Positions 53,085 to 64,000 of a stretch of DNA of 64,000 bases are shown here, piece by piece (position 1 is the stretch's first letter; every line of letters starts with the position of its first letter). The DNA is from Camelus dromedarius (lineage: Eukaryota): positions 1,860,001-1,924,000 of the forward strand of contig NC_087436.1 in assembly GCF_036321535.1 (NCBI RefSeq), written 5' to 3'. The position numbers and the translations under genes are program-made. Under the pieces are notes generated by a model. It made no database searches. It saw nothing but the letters and a program-made list of their open reading frames with translations, and was not told the origin of the DNA.

Positions 53085-56000
53085 ACGGCTTTCACACACA
53101 CTTATCTCTCAGAAATGAGCATGTGGAGAGTCGTTCGTTCATCTAGCTCAAAGGGAACGGGTTGCAGGATAAACTATTACTCTGGTTTCTCAGTCTGTTT
53201 CCTAGTGCCGGTTTGAAGTTCCTGCAGTTTTCACTGTAAAACCGTGTTGGAGCTAGTACATCCCCATATATATTTATGGAGAGGAGTTTGCAACTGAAAA
53301 GAATCTTTGTGTTCCCTTCAAGCTAGGTTAAGTGCGGCTTTCACACCCAATTATATCTCAGAACTGAGCATGTGGAGAGTCATTCTTTCATCTAGCACAA
53401 AGGGAAAGGTTTGCAGGAGAAACTTTTACTCTGGTTTCTCAGTCTGTTTCCTAGTGCCGGTTTGAAATTCCTGCAGTTTTCACTGTAAAACCGAGTTGGA
53501 GCTAGTACCTCCCCATATATATTTATGGAGTGGAGTTTGCAACTGAAAAGAAACTTTGTGTTCCCAACAAGCTAGTTGAAGGACGGCTTTCACACACAAT
53601 TAACTCTCAGTACTGAGCATGTGGAGAGACGTTCGTTCATAAAGCACAAAGGGAACGGGATGCAGGAGAAACTTTTACTCTGCTTCTCAGTCTGTTTCCT
53701 AGTGCCGTTTTGAAGTTCCTGCAGTTTTCATTGTAAAACCAAATTGGAGCTAGTACCTCCCCATATATATGTATGGAATGGAGTTTGCAACTGAAAAGTA
53801 ACATTGTGTTCCCAACAAGCTAGGTGAAGGACGGCTTTCACACACAATTATCTCTCAGATCTGAGCATGTGGAGAGACGTTCGTTCATCAAGCACAAAGG
53901 GAATGGGTTGCAGTAGAAACTTTTACTCTGTTTCTCAGTCTGTTTCCTAGTGCTGGTTTGAAGTTCCTGCAGTTTTCACTGTAAAACCGAGTTGGAGCCT
54001 TTACCTCCCCATATATATGTATGGAGTGAAGTTTGCAAGTGAAAAGAAACTTTGTGTTCCCAACAAGCTAGGTGAAGGACGGCTTTCCCACACACTTATC
54101 TCTCAGAAATGAGCATGTGGAGAGACGTTCGTTTATAAAGCACAAAGGGAACGGGTTGCAGGAGAAAGTTTTACTCTGGTTGCTCAGTCTGTTTCCTAGT
54201 GCCGGTTCGAAGTTCCTGCAGTTTTCACTGTAAAGTCGTTGGAGCTAGTACCTCCCCATATATACGTATGGAGTGGAGTTTGCATCTGAAAAGAAAATTT
54301 GTGTTCCCAAGAAGCTAGGTGAAGGACGGCTTTCACCCACACTTATCTCTCAGAATTGAGCATGTGGAGAGACGTTCGTTCACCTAGCAAAAAGGGAACG
54401 AGTTGCAGGAGTAACTTTTACTCTGGTTTCTCAGTCTGTTTCCTAATGCCGGTTTGAAGTTCCTGCAGTTTTCACTGTAAAACCGAGTTGGGGCTAGTAC
54501 CTACCCATATATATGTATGGAGTGGAGTTTGCATCTGAAAAGAAACTTTGTGTTCCCAACAAGCTAGGTGAAGATCGGCTTTCACACACATTTACCTCTC
54601 AGAACTGAGCATGTGGAGAGTCATTCGTTCATCTAGCACAAACGGAACGGGTTGCAGGAGAAACTTATACTCTGGTTTCTCAGTCTGTTTCCGAGTGCCA
54701 GTTTGAAGTTCCTGCAGTTTTCAATGTAAAACCCATTTGGGGCTAGTACCTCCCCATATATTTATATGGAGTGGAGTTTGCAACTGAAAAGAAACTTTGT
54801 GTTCCCAACAAGTTAGTTGAAGGACGGCTTCACACACACTTATCTCTCAGATCTGATCATGTGGAGAGACGTTCGTTCATAAAGCACAAAGGGAACGGGT
54901 TGCAGGCGAAATTTTTACTCTGTTTCTCAGTCTGTTTCCTAGTGCCGTTTTGAAGTTCCAGCATTTTTCACTGTAACACCGAGTTGGAGCTAGTACCTCC
55001 CCATGTATATGTATGGAGTGGTGTTTGCAACTGAAAAGAAACTTTGTGTTCCCAATAAGTATGTTGAAGGACGGCTTTCACACACACTTATCTGTCAGAA
55101 ATGAGCATGTGGAGAGACGTTCGTTCATCTAGCACAAAGGAAACGGGTTGCAGGAGAAACTTTTACTCTGGTTTCTCAGTCTGTTTCCTAATGCCGGATT
55201 GAAGTTCCTGCAGTTTTCACTGTAAAACCGAGTTGGAGCTAGTACCTCCCCATATATATGTATGGAGTGGAGATTGCAACTGAAAAGAAACTTTGTGTTC
55301 CCAAAAAGTTAGGTGAAGGACGGCTTCACACACACTTATCTCTCAGAACTGATCATGTGGAGAGACGTTCGTTCATAAAGCACACAGGGAACGGGATGCA
55401 GGAGAAATTATTACTCTGTTTCTCAGTCTGTTTCCTAGTGCCGGTTTGAATTTCCTGCAGTTTTCACTGTAAAACCGAGTTGGAGCTAGTAAATCCCCAT
55501 ATATATGTATGGAGTGGAGTTTGCAACTCAAAAGAAACTTTGTGTTCCCAACAAGCTAGGTGAAGGGCGGGTTTCACACACAATTATCTCTCAGAACTGA
55601 GCATGTGGAGAGTCATTCGTTCATCTAGCACAAAGGTAAAGGTTTGCAGGAGAAACTTTTACTCTGGTTTCTCATTCTGTTTCCTAGTGCCGGTTTGAAG
55701 TTCATGCAGTTTTCATTGTAAAACCGAGTTGAGGCTAGTACCAACCCATATATATGTATGGAATGGAATTTGCATCTGAAAAGAAACTTTGTGTTCCCAA
55801 CAAGCTAGGTGAAGGACGGCTTTCACACACACTTATCTCTCAGAACTGAGCATGTGGAGAGACGTTCGTTCATCTAGCAAAAAGGGAACGGGTTGCAGGA
55901 GAAAGTTTTACTCTGGTTTCTCAGTCTGTTTCCTAGTGAGGGTTTGAAGTTCCTGCAGTTCTCTCTGTAAAACCGATTTGGAGCTAGTACCTCCCCATAT

Positions 56001-59000
56001 ATATGTATGGAGTGGAGTTTGCAACTGAAAAGAAACTTTGTGTTCCCAACAAGCTAGGTGAAGAACGGCTTTCACACACACTTATCTCTCAGAAATGAGC
56101 ATGTGGAGAGTCGTTCGTTCATCTAGCTCAAAGGGAACGGGTTGCAGGATAAACTATTACTCTGGTTTCTCAGTCTGTTTCCTAGTGCCGGTTTGAAGTT
56201 CCTGCAGTTTTCACTGTAAAACCGTGTTGGAGCTAGTACATCCCCATATATATTTATGGAGAGGAGTTTGCAACTGAAAAGAATCTTTGTGTTCCCTTCA
56301 AGCTAGGTGAAGTGCGGCTTTCACACCCAATTATATCTCAGAACTGAGCATGTGGAGAGTCATTCTTTCATCTAGCACAAAGGGAAAGGTTTGCAGGAGA
56401 AACTTTTACTCTGGTTTCTCAGTCTGTTTCCTAGTGCCGGTTTGAAATTCCTGCAGTTTTCACTGTAAAACCGAGTTGGAGCTAGTACCTCCCCATATAT
56501 ATTTATGGAGTGGAGTTTGCAACTGAAAAGAAACTTTGTGTTCCCAACAAGCTAGTTGAAGGACGGCTTTCACACACAATTAACTCTCAGTACTGAGCAT
56601 GTGGAGAGACGTTCGTTCATAAAGCACAAAGGGAACGGGATGCAGGAGAAACTTTTACTCTGCTTCTCAGTCTGTTTCCTAGTGCCGTTTTGAAGTTCCT
56701 GCAGTTTTCATTGTAAAACCAAATTGGAGCTAGTACCTCCCCATATATATGTATGGAATGGAGTTTGCAACTGAAAAGTAACATTGTGTTCCCAACAAGC
56801 TAGGTGAAGGACGGCTTTCACACACAATTATCTCTCAGATCTGAGCATGTGGAGAGACGTTCGTTCATCAAGCACAAAGGGAATGGGTTGCAGTAGAAAC
56901 TTTTACTCTGTTTCTCAGTCTGTTTCCTAGTGCTGGTTTGAAGTTCCTGCAGTTTTCACTGTAAAACCGAGTTGGAGCCTTTACCTCCCCATATATATGT
57001 ATGGAGTGAAGTTTGCAAGTGAAAAGAAACTTTGTGTTCCCAACAAGCTAGGTGAAGGACGGCTTTCCCACACACTTATCTCTCAGAAATGAGCATGTGG
57101 AGAGACGTTCGTTTATAAAGCACAAAGGGAACGGGTTGCAGGAGAAAGTTTTACTCTGGTTGCTCAGTCTGTTTCCTAGTGCCAGTTCGAAGTTCCTGCA
57201 GTTTTCACTGTAAAATCGTTGGAGCTAGTACCTCCCCATATATACGTATGGAGTGGAGTTTGCATCTGAAAAGAAAATTTGTGTTCCCAAGAAGCTAGGT
57301 GAAGGACGGCTTTCACCCACACTTATCTCTCAGAATTGAGCATGTGGAGAGACGTTCGTTCACCTAGCAAAAAGGGAACGAGTTGCAGGAGTAACTTTTA
57401 CTCTGGTTTCTCAGTCTGTTTCCTAATGCCGGTTTGAAGTTCCTGCAGTTTTCACTGTAAAACCGAGTTGGGGCTAGTACCTACCCATATATATGTATGG
57501 AGTGGAGTTTGCATCTGAAAAGAAACTTTGTGTTCCCAACAAGCTAGGTGAAGATCGGCTTTCACACACATTTACCTCTCAGAACTGAGCATGTGGAGAG
57601 TCATTCGTTCATCTAGCACAAACGGAACGGGTTGCAGGAGAAACTTATACTCTGGTTTCTCAGTCTGTTTCCGAGTGCCAGTTTGAAGTTCCTGCAGTTT
57701 TCAATGTAAAACCCATTTGGGGCTAGTACCTCCCCATATATTTATATGGAGTGGAGTTTGCAACTGAAAAGAAACTTTGTGTTCCCAACAAGTTAGTTGA
57801 AGGACGGCTTCACACACACTTATCTCTCAGATCTGATCATGTGGAGAGACGTTCGTTCATAAAGCACAAAGGGAACGGGTTGCAGGCGAAATTTTTACTC
57901 TGTTTCTCAGTCTGTTTCCTAGTGCCGTTTTGAAGTTCCAGCATTTTTCACTGTAACACCGAGTTGGAGCTAGTACCTCCCCATGTATATGTATGGAGTG
58001 GTGTTTGCAACTGAAAAGAAACTTTGTGTTCCCAATAAGTATGTTGAAGGACGGCTTTCACACACACTTATCTGTCAGAAATGAGCATGTGGAGAGACGT
58101 TCGTTCATCTAGCACAAAGGAAACGGGTTGCAGGAGAAACTTTTACTCTGGTTTCTCAGTCTGTTTCCTAATGCCGGATTGAAGTTCCTGCAGTTTTCAC
58201 TGTAAAACCGAGTTGGAGCTAGTACCTCCCCATATATATGTATGGAGTGGAGATTGCAACTGAAAAGAAACTTTGTGTTCCCAAAAAGTTAGGTGAAGGA
58301 CGGCTTCACACACACTTATCTCTCAGAACTGATCATGTGGAGAGACGTTCGTTCATAAAGCACACAGGGAACGGGATGCAGGAGAAATTATTACTCTGTT
58401 TCTCAGTCTGTTTCCTAGTGCCGGTTTGAATTTCCTGCAGTTTTCACTGTAAAACCGAGTTGGAGCTAGTAAATCCCCATATATATGTATGGAGTGGAGT
58501 TTGCAACTCAAAAGAAACTTTGTGTTCCCAACAAGCTAGGTGAAGGGCGGGTTTCACACACAATTATCTCTCAGAACTGAGCATGTGGAGAGTCATTCGT
58601 TCATCTAGCACAAAGGTAAAGGTTTGCAGGAGAAACTTTTACTCTGGTTTCTCATTCTGTTTCCTAGTGCCGGTTTGAAGTTCATGCAGTTTTCATTGTA
58701 AAACCGAGTTGAGGCTAGTACCAACCCATATATATGTATGGAATGGAATTTGCATCTGAAAAGAAACTTTGTGTTCCCAACAAGCTAGGTGAAGGACGGC
58801 TTTCACACACACTTATCTCTCAGAACTGAGCATGTGGAGAGACGTTCGTTCATCTAGCAAAAAGGGAACGGGTTGCAGGAGAAAGTTTTACTCTGGTTTC
58901 TCAGTCTGTTACCTAGTGAGGGTTTGAAGTTCCTGCAGTTCTCTCTGTAAAACCGAGTTGGAGCTAGTACCTCCCCATATATATGTATGGACTGGAGTTT

Positions 59001-59074
59001 GCAACTGAAAAGAAACTTTGTGTTCCCAACAAGCTAGGTGAAGAACGGCTTTCACACACACTTATCTCTCAGAA
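53085..59074. repeat. Near-perfect tandem duplication of a 2980 bp, 12-monomer block
   Basis: Identical ORF pairs 54771/57751 and 55258/58238 are both offset by 2980. Private variants (CCCTTCAAG, CTCAGTACTGAG, TATACGTATG, GCAGGCGAAA, CACACAGGG, AAAGGTAAAGG) are duplicated at the same offset. Confidence 0.96.
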
Positions 59075-62000
59075 CTGAGCATGTGGAGAGACGTTCGTTC
59101 ATCTAGCAAAAAGGGAATGGGTTGCAGGAGAAACTTTTACTCTGGTTTCTCAGTCTGTTTCCTAGTGCCGGTATGAAGTTCCTGCAGTTTTCACTGTAAA
59201 ACCGAATTGGAGCTAGTACCTCCCCATATATATGTATGGAGTGGAGTTTGCAACTGAAAAGAAACTTTGTGTTCCCAAAAAGCTAGGTGAAGTACGGCTT
59301 TCACACACACTTATCTCTTAGAACTGAGCATGTGGAGAGACGTTCGTTCACCTAGCAAAAATGGAACGAGTTGCAGTAGTAACATTTACTCTGGTTTCTC
59401 AGTCTGTTTCCTAGTGCCATTTTGAAGTTCTTGCAGTTTTCACTGTAAAACCGAGTTGGAGCTAGTACCTCCCCATAAATATGTGTGGTGTGGATTTTGC
59501 AACTGAAAAGAAACATTGTGTTCCAAACAAGCTAGGTGAAGGACGGCTTTCACACACACTTATCTCTCAGAACTGAGCATGTTTAGAGACGTTCGTTCAT
59601 CTAGCACAAAGGGAACGGGTTTCAGGAGAAACATTTACTTTGGTTTCTCAGTCTGTTTCCTAGTGCCGGTTTAAAGTTCCTGCAGTTTTCACTTTAAAAC
59701 CGAGTTGGGGCTAGTACCTCCCCATATATATGTATGGAGTGGAGTTTGCAACTGAAAAGAAACTTTGTGTTCCCAACAAGCTAGGTGAACGGCGGCTTTC
59801 ACACACAATTATCTCTCAGAACTGAGCATGTGGAGAGTCATTCGTTCATCTAGCAAATGGGAACGGTTTGCAGGAGAAAGTTTTACTCTGGTTTCTCAGT
59901 CTATTTCCTAGTACCGGTTTGAAGTTCCTGTAGTTTTCTCTGTAAAACAGAGTTGGAGCTAGTACCTCCACATATATATTTATGGAGTGGTGTTTGCAAC
60001 TGAAAAGAAACCTTGTGTTCCCAACAAGCTAGGTGAAGAACGGCTTTCACACACACTTATCTCTCAAAACTGAGCATGTGGAGAGAAGTTCGTTCATCTA
60101 GCAAAAAGGGAACGGGTTGCAGGAGAAACTTTTACTCTGGTTTCTCAGTCTGTTTCCTACTGCCGGTTTGAAGTTCCTGCAGTTTTCACTGTAAAACCGA
60201 GTTGGGGCTACTACCTACCCATATATATGTATGGAGTGGAGTTTGCATCTGAAAAGAAACTTTGTGTTCCCTACAAGCTAGGTGAAGGTCGGCTTTCACA
60301 CACATTTATCTCTCAGAATTGAGCATGTGGAGAGACGTTCGTTCACCTAGCAAAAATGGAACGAGTTGCAGTAGTAACATTTACTCTGGTTTCTCAGTCT
60401 GTTTCCTAGTGCCATTTTGAAGTTCTTGCACTTTTCACTGTAATACCGAGTTGGATCTAGTACCTCCTCATAAATATGTGTGGAGTGGATTTTGCAAATG
60501 AAAAGAAACTTTGTGTTCCCAACAAGCTAGGTGAAGGACGGCTTTCACACACACTTATCTCTCAGAACTGAGCATGTGGAGATTCGTTCGTTCATCTAGC
60601 ACAAAGGGAACAGGTTTCAGGGGAAACATTTACTCTGGTTTCTCAGTCTGTTTCCTAGTGCCGGTTTAAAGTTCCTGCAGTTTTCACTTTAAAACCGAGT
60701 TGGGGCTAGTACCTCCCCATATATATGTATGGAGTGGGGTTTGCAACTGAAAAGAAACTTTGTGTTCCCAAAAAGCTAGGTGAAGTACGGCTTTCACACA
60801 CACTTATCTCTTAGAACTGAGCATGTGGAGAGACGTTCGTTCACCTAGCAAAAATGGAACGAGTTGCAGTAGTAACATTTACTCTGGTTTCTCAGTCTGT
60901 TTCCTAGTGCCATTTTGAAGTTCTTGCAGTTTTCACTCTAAAACCGAGTTGGAGCTAGTACCTCCCCATAAATATGTGTGGTGTGGATTTTGCAACTTAA
61001 AAGAAACATTGTGTTCCAAACAAGCTAGGTGAAGGACGGCTTTCACACACACTTATCTCTCAGAACTGAGCATGTTTAGAGACGTTCGTTCATCTAGCAC
61101 AAAGGGAACGGGTTTCAGGAGAAACATTTACTTTGGTTTCTCAGTCTGTTTCCTAGTGCTGGTTTAAAGTTCCTGCAGTTTTCACTTTAAAACCGAGTTG
61201 GGGCTAGTACCTCCCCATATATATGTATGGAGTGGAGTTTGCAAGTGAAAAGAAACTTTGTGTTCCCAACAAGCTAGGTGAAGGACGGCTTTCACACACA
61301 CTTATCACTCAGAACTGAGCATGAGGTGAGTCATTCGTTCATCAAGCACAAAGGAAACGGATTGCAGGAGAAACTTTTACTCTGTTTCTCAGTCTGTTTC
61401 CTAGTGCCGGTTTGAAGTTCCTGCAGTTTTCATTGTAAAATCGAGTTGGGGTAGTACCTACCCATATATATGTATGGAATGGACTTTGCATCTGAAAAGA
61501 AACTTTGTGTTCCCAACAAGCTAGGTGAAGGACGGCTTTCACACACACTTATCTCTCAGAACTGAGCATGTTTAGAGTCGTTCGTTCATCTAGCAAAAAG
61601 GGAACGGGTTGCAGGAGAAAGATTTTTTCTGGTATCTCAGTCTGTTTCATAGTGCCGGTTTGAAGTTCCTGCAGTTTTCTCTGTAAAACAGGGTTAGAGC
61701 TAGTACATCCCCATGTATATGTATGGAGTGGAGTTTGCAACTGAAAAGAAACTTTGTGTTCCCAACAAGCTAGGTGAAGTACGGCTTTCACACACACTTA
61801 TCTCTCAGAAATGAGCATGTTGAGAGACGTTCGTTCACCTACCAAAAATGGAACGAGTTGCAGTAGTAACTTTTACTCTGGTTTCTCAGTCTTTTTCCTA
61901 GTTTCGGTTTGAAATTCTTGCAGTTTTCACTGTAATACCGAGTTGGAGCTAGAACCTCCCCATAAATATGATTGGAGTGGATTTTGCAACTGAAAAGAAT

Positions 62001-64000
62001 CTTTGTGTTCCCAACAAGCTAGGTGAAGGAAGGCTTTCACACACACTTATCTCTCAGAACTGAGCATGTGGAGAGTCGTTCGTTCATCTAGCACAAAGGG
62101 AACGGGTTTCAGGAGAAACATTTACTCTGGTTTCTCAGTCTGTTTCCTAGTGCCGGGTTGAAGTACCTGCAGTTTTCACTGTAAAACCGAGTTGGAGCTA
62201 GTACCTACCCATATATATGTATGGAGTGGAGTTTGCATCTGAAAAGATATTTTGTGTTCCCCAGAAGCTAGGTGAAGGACGGCTTTCACACACACTTATC
62301 TCTCAGAAATGAGCATGTGGAGAGACGTTCTTTCATCTTGCACAAAGGGAAAGGGTTGCAGGAGAAACTTTTACTCTGGTTTCTCAGTCTGTTTCCTAGT
62401 GCCGGTTTGAAATTCCTGCAGTATTCTCTGTAAAACGGAGTTGGAGCTAGTACCTCCCCATATATATGTATGGAGTGGAATTTGCATCTGAAAAGAAACT
62501 TTGTGTTCCCAACAAGCTGGTTGAAGTACGGCTTTCACACACACTTATCTCTCAGAAATGAGCATGTGGAGAGACGTTCGTTCATTAGCAAAAAGGGAAT
62601 GGGTTGCAGGAGAAACTTTTACTCTGGTTTCTCAGTCTGTTTCCTAGTGCCGGTATGAAGTTCCTACAGTTTTCACTGTAAAACCGAGTTGGAGCTAGTA
62701 CCTCCCCATATATATGTATGGAGTGGACTTTGCAACTGAAAAGAAATTTTGTGTTCCCAAAAAGCTAGGTGAAGGACGGCTTTCACACACACTTATCTCT
62801 CAGAACTGAGCATGTGGAGAGACGTTCGTTCACCTAGCAAAAATTGAACGAGTTGCAGTAGTAACTTTTACTCTGGCTTCTCAGTCTGTTTCCTAGTGCC
62901 ATTTTGAAGATCTTGCAGTTTTCACTGTAATACCGAGTTGGAGCTAGTACCTCCCCATAAATATGTGTGGACTGGAATTTGCATCTGAAAAGAGACTTTG
63001 TGTTCCCTACAAGCTAGTTGAAGTACGGCTTTCACACACACTTATCTCTCAGAACTGAGCATGTGGAGAGTCGTTCTTTCATCTAACACAAAGGGAACGG
63101 GTTGCAGGAGAAACTTTTATTCTGGTTTCTCATTCTGTGTCCTAGTGCCGGTTTGAAGTTCCTGCAGTTTTCATTGTAAAACCGAGTTGGGGCTAGTACC
63201 TCCCCATATATATGTATGGATTGGAGTTTGAAACTGAAAAGAAACTTTGTGTTCCCAACAAGCTAGTTGAAGTGCGGCTTTCACACACAATTATCTCTCA
63301 GAACTGAGCATGTGGAGAGTCATTCGTTCATCTAGCACAAATGGAAAGGGTTGCTGTAGAAACTTTTACTCTGGTTTCTCATTCTGTTTCCTAGTGCCGG
63401 TTTGAAGTTCCTGCAGTTTTCATTGTAAAACCGAGTTGGGGCTAGTACCTACCCATATATATGTATGGAGTGGAGTTTGCAACTGAAAAGAAACTTTGTG
63501 TTCCCAACAAGCTAGTTGAAGGACGGCTTTCACACACACTTATCTCTCAGAAATGAGCATGTGGAGAGACGTTCGTTCATCTAGCACAAAGGGAACGTGT
63601 TGCAGGAGAAACTTTTACTCTGGTTTTTCAGTCTGTTTCCTAGTGCCGGTATGAAGTTCAAGCAGCTTTCACTGTAAAACCGAGTTGGAGATAGTACCTC
63701 CCCATATATATGTATGGAGTGGAGTTTGCAACTGAAAAGGAACTTTGTGTTCCCAAAAAGCCTGGTGAAGAACGGCTTTCACACACACTTATCTCTCAGA
63801 ACTGAGCATGTGGAGAGACGTTCGTTCACCTAGCAAAAATGGAACGAGTTGCAGTAGTAACTTTTACTCTGGTTTCTCAGTCTGTTTCCTAGTGCCAGTT
63901 TGAAGTTCCTGCAGTTTTCACTGTAAAACCGAGTTGGAGCTAGTACCTCCCCTTATATATATATGGTTTGGAGTTTGCAACTTAAAAGAAACTTTGTGTT

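Larger units (their letters stand above)
1..64000. repeat. Satellite DNA tandem array, 249 bp consensus monomer (247-249 bp), about 257 head-to-tail copies, running off both window ends
   Basis: The TCTG(G)TTTCTCAG-type motif recurs at 1, 249, 497 and onward. Landmarks such as GCAACTGAAAAGAAACTTTGTGTTCCC and CTCAGAACTGAGCATGTGGAGAG recur every 248-249 bp throughout. Spacings between equivalent ORFs are integer multiples of about 248.5 (994, 1492, 2236, 2980, 4227, 5219). No unique sequence was seen. Confidence 0.99.

Noticed and set aside
211..62658. About 58 short ORFs (60-84 aa) with repeated similar translations
   Set aside because: All are at most about one monomer long, occur on both strands in several frames, and appear or vanish with single-base variants. 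They show no recognisable domain or frame conservation, so they are artefacts of translating the satellite.
1..64000. CRISPR array or repeat-spacer system
   Set aside because: The whole unit is repeated and there are no unique spacers or cas genes.
1..64000. Tandem 5S rDNA, tRNA or snRNA gene array
   Set aside because: The unit size is compatible, but I see no 5S rRNA sequence, cloverleaf or conserved-gene/variable-spacer partition. The GTTCG motif lacks full B-box context. An Rfam cmscan would settle it.
1..64000. Transposon insertion, inversion or telomeric repeat within the array
   Set aside because: Monomer register and orientation are continuous throughout. No foreign sequence, target-site duplication or TTAGGG/TTTAGGG tract was seen.
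1..64000. Assignment to a named satellite (alpha satellite 171 bp, mouse major 234 bp, Arabidopsis 178 bp)
   Set aside because: Length and sequence do not match those I know. A database search is required.

Overview
The whole 64 kb window is one uninterrupted, head-to-tail satellite DNA array in a single orientation. The monomer is 249 bp (frequent 248 bp and rare 247 bp variants), about 45% GC by my count of the consensus, and there are about 257 copies. Consensus read by eye: TCTGGTTTCTCAGTCTGTTTCCTAGTGCCGGTTTGAAGTTCCTGCAGTTTTCACTGTAAAACCGAGTTGGAGCTAGTACCTCCCCATATATATGTATGGAGTGGAGTTTGCAACTGAAAAGAAACTTTGTGTTCCCAACAAGCTAGGTGAAGGACGGCTTTCACACACACTTATCTCTCAGAACTGAGCATGTGGAGAGACGTTCGTTCATCTAGCACAAAGGGAACGGGTTGCAGGAGAAACTTTTAC. 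I see no genes, RNA genes, transposon insertions, inversions or CRISPR; the short ORFs are translation artefacts of the repeat. It looks like eukaryotic centromeric, pericentromeric or other heterochromatic satellite, but I cannot name the family or organism from sequence alone. The interesting content is the higher-order structure. There are short 3/4/6-mer higher-order repeats (HORs) at 1-17 kb and a recently amplified, variable-length (12-22 monomer) HOR at about 17.4-44.7 kb. A longer progenitor-like version follows at about 44.7-49.6 kb, then a near-perfect 2980 bp (12-mer) tandem duplication at about 53.1-59.1 kb and a more diverged right end. All comparisons were made by eye from diagnostic variants and ORF-track spacings, so boundaries are approximate. 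I found no evidence of a new gene-encoded system.
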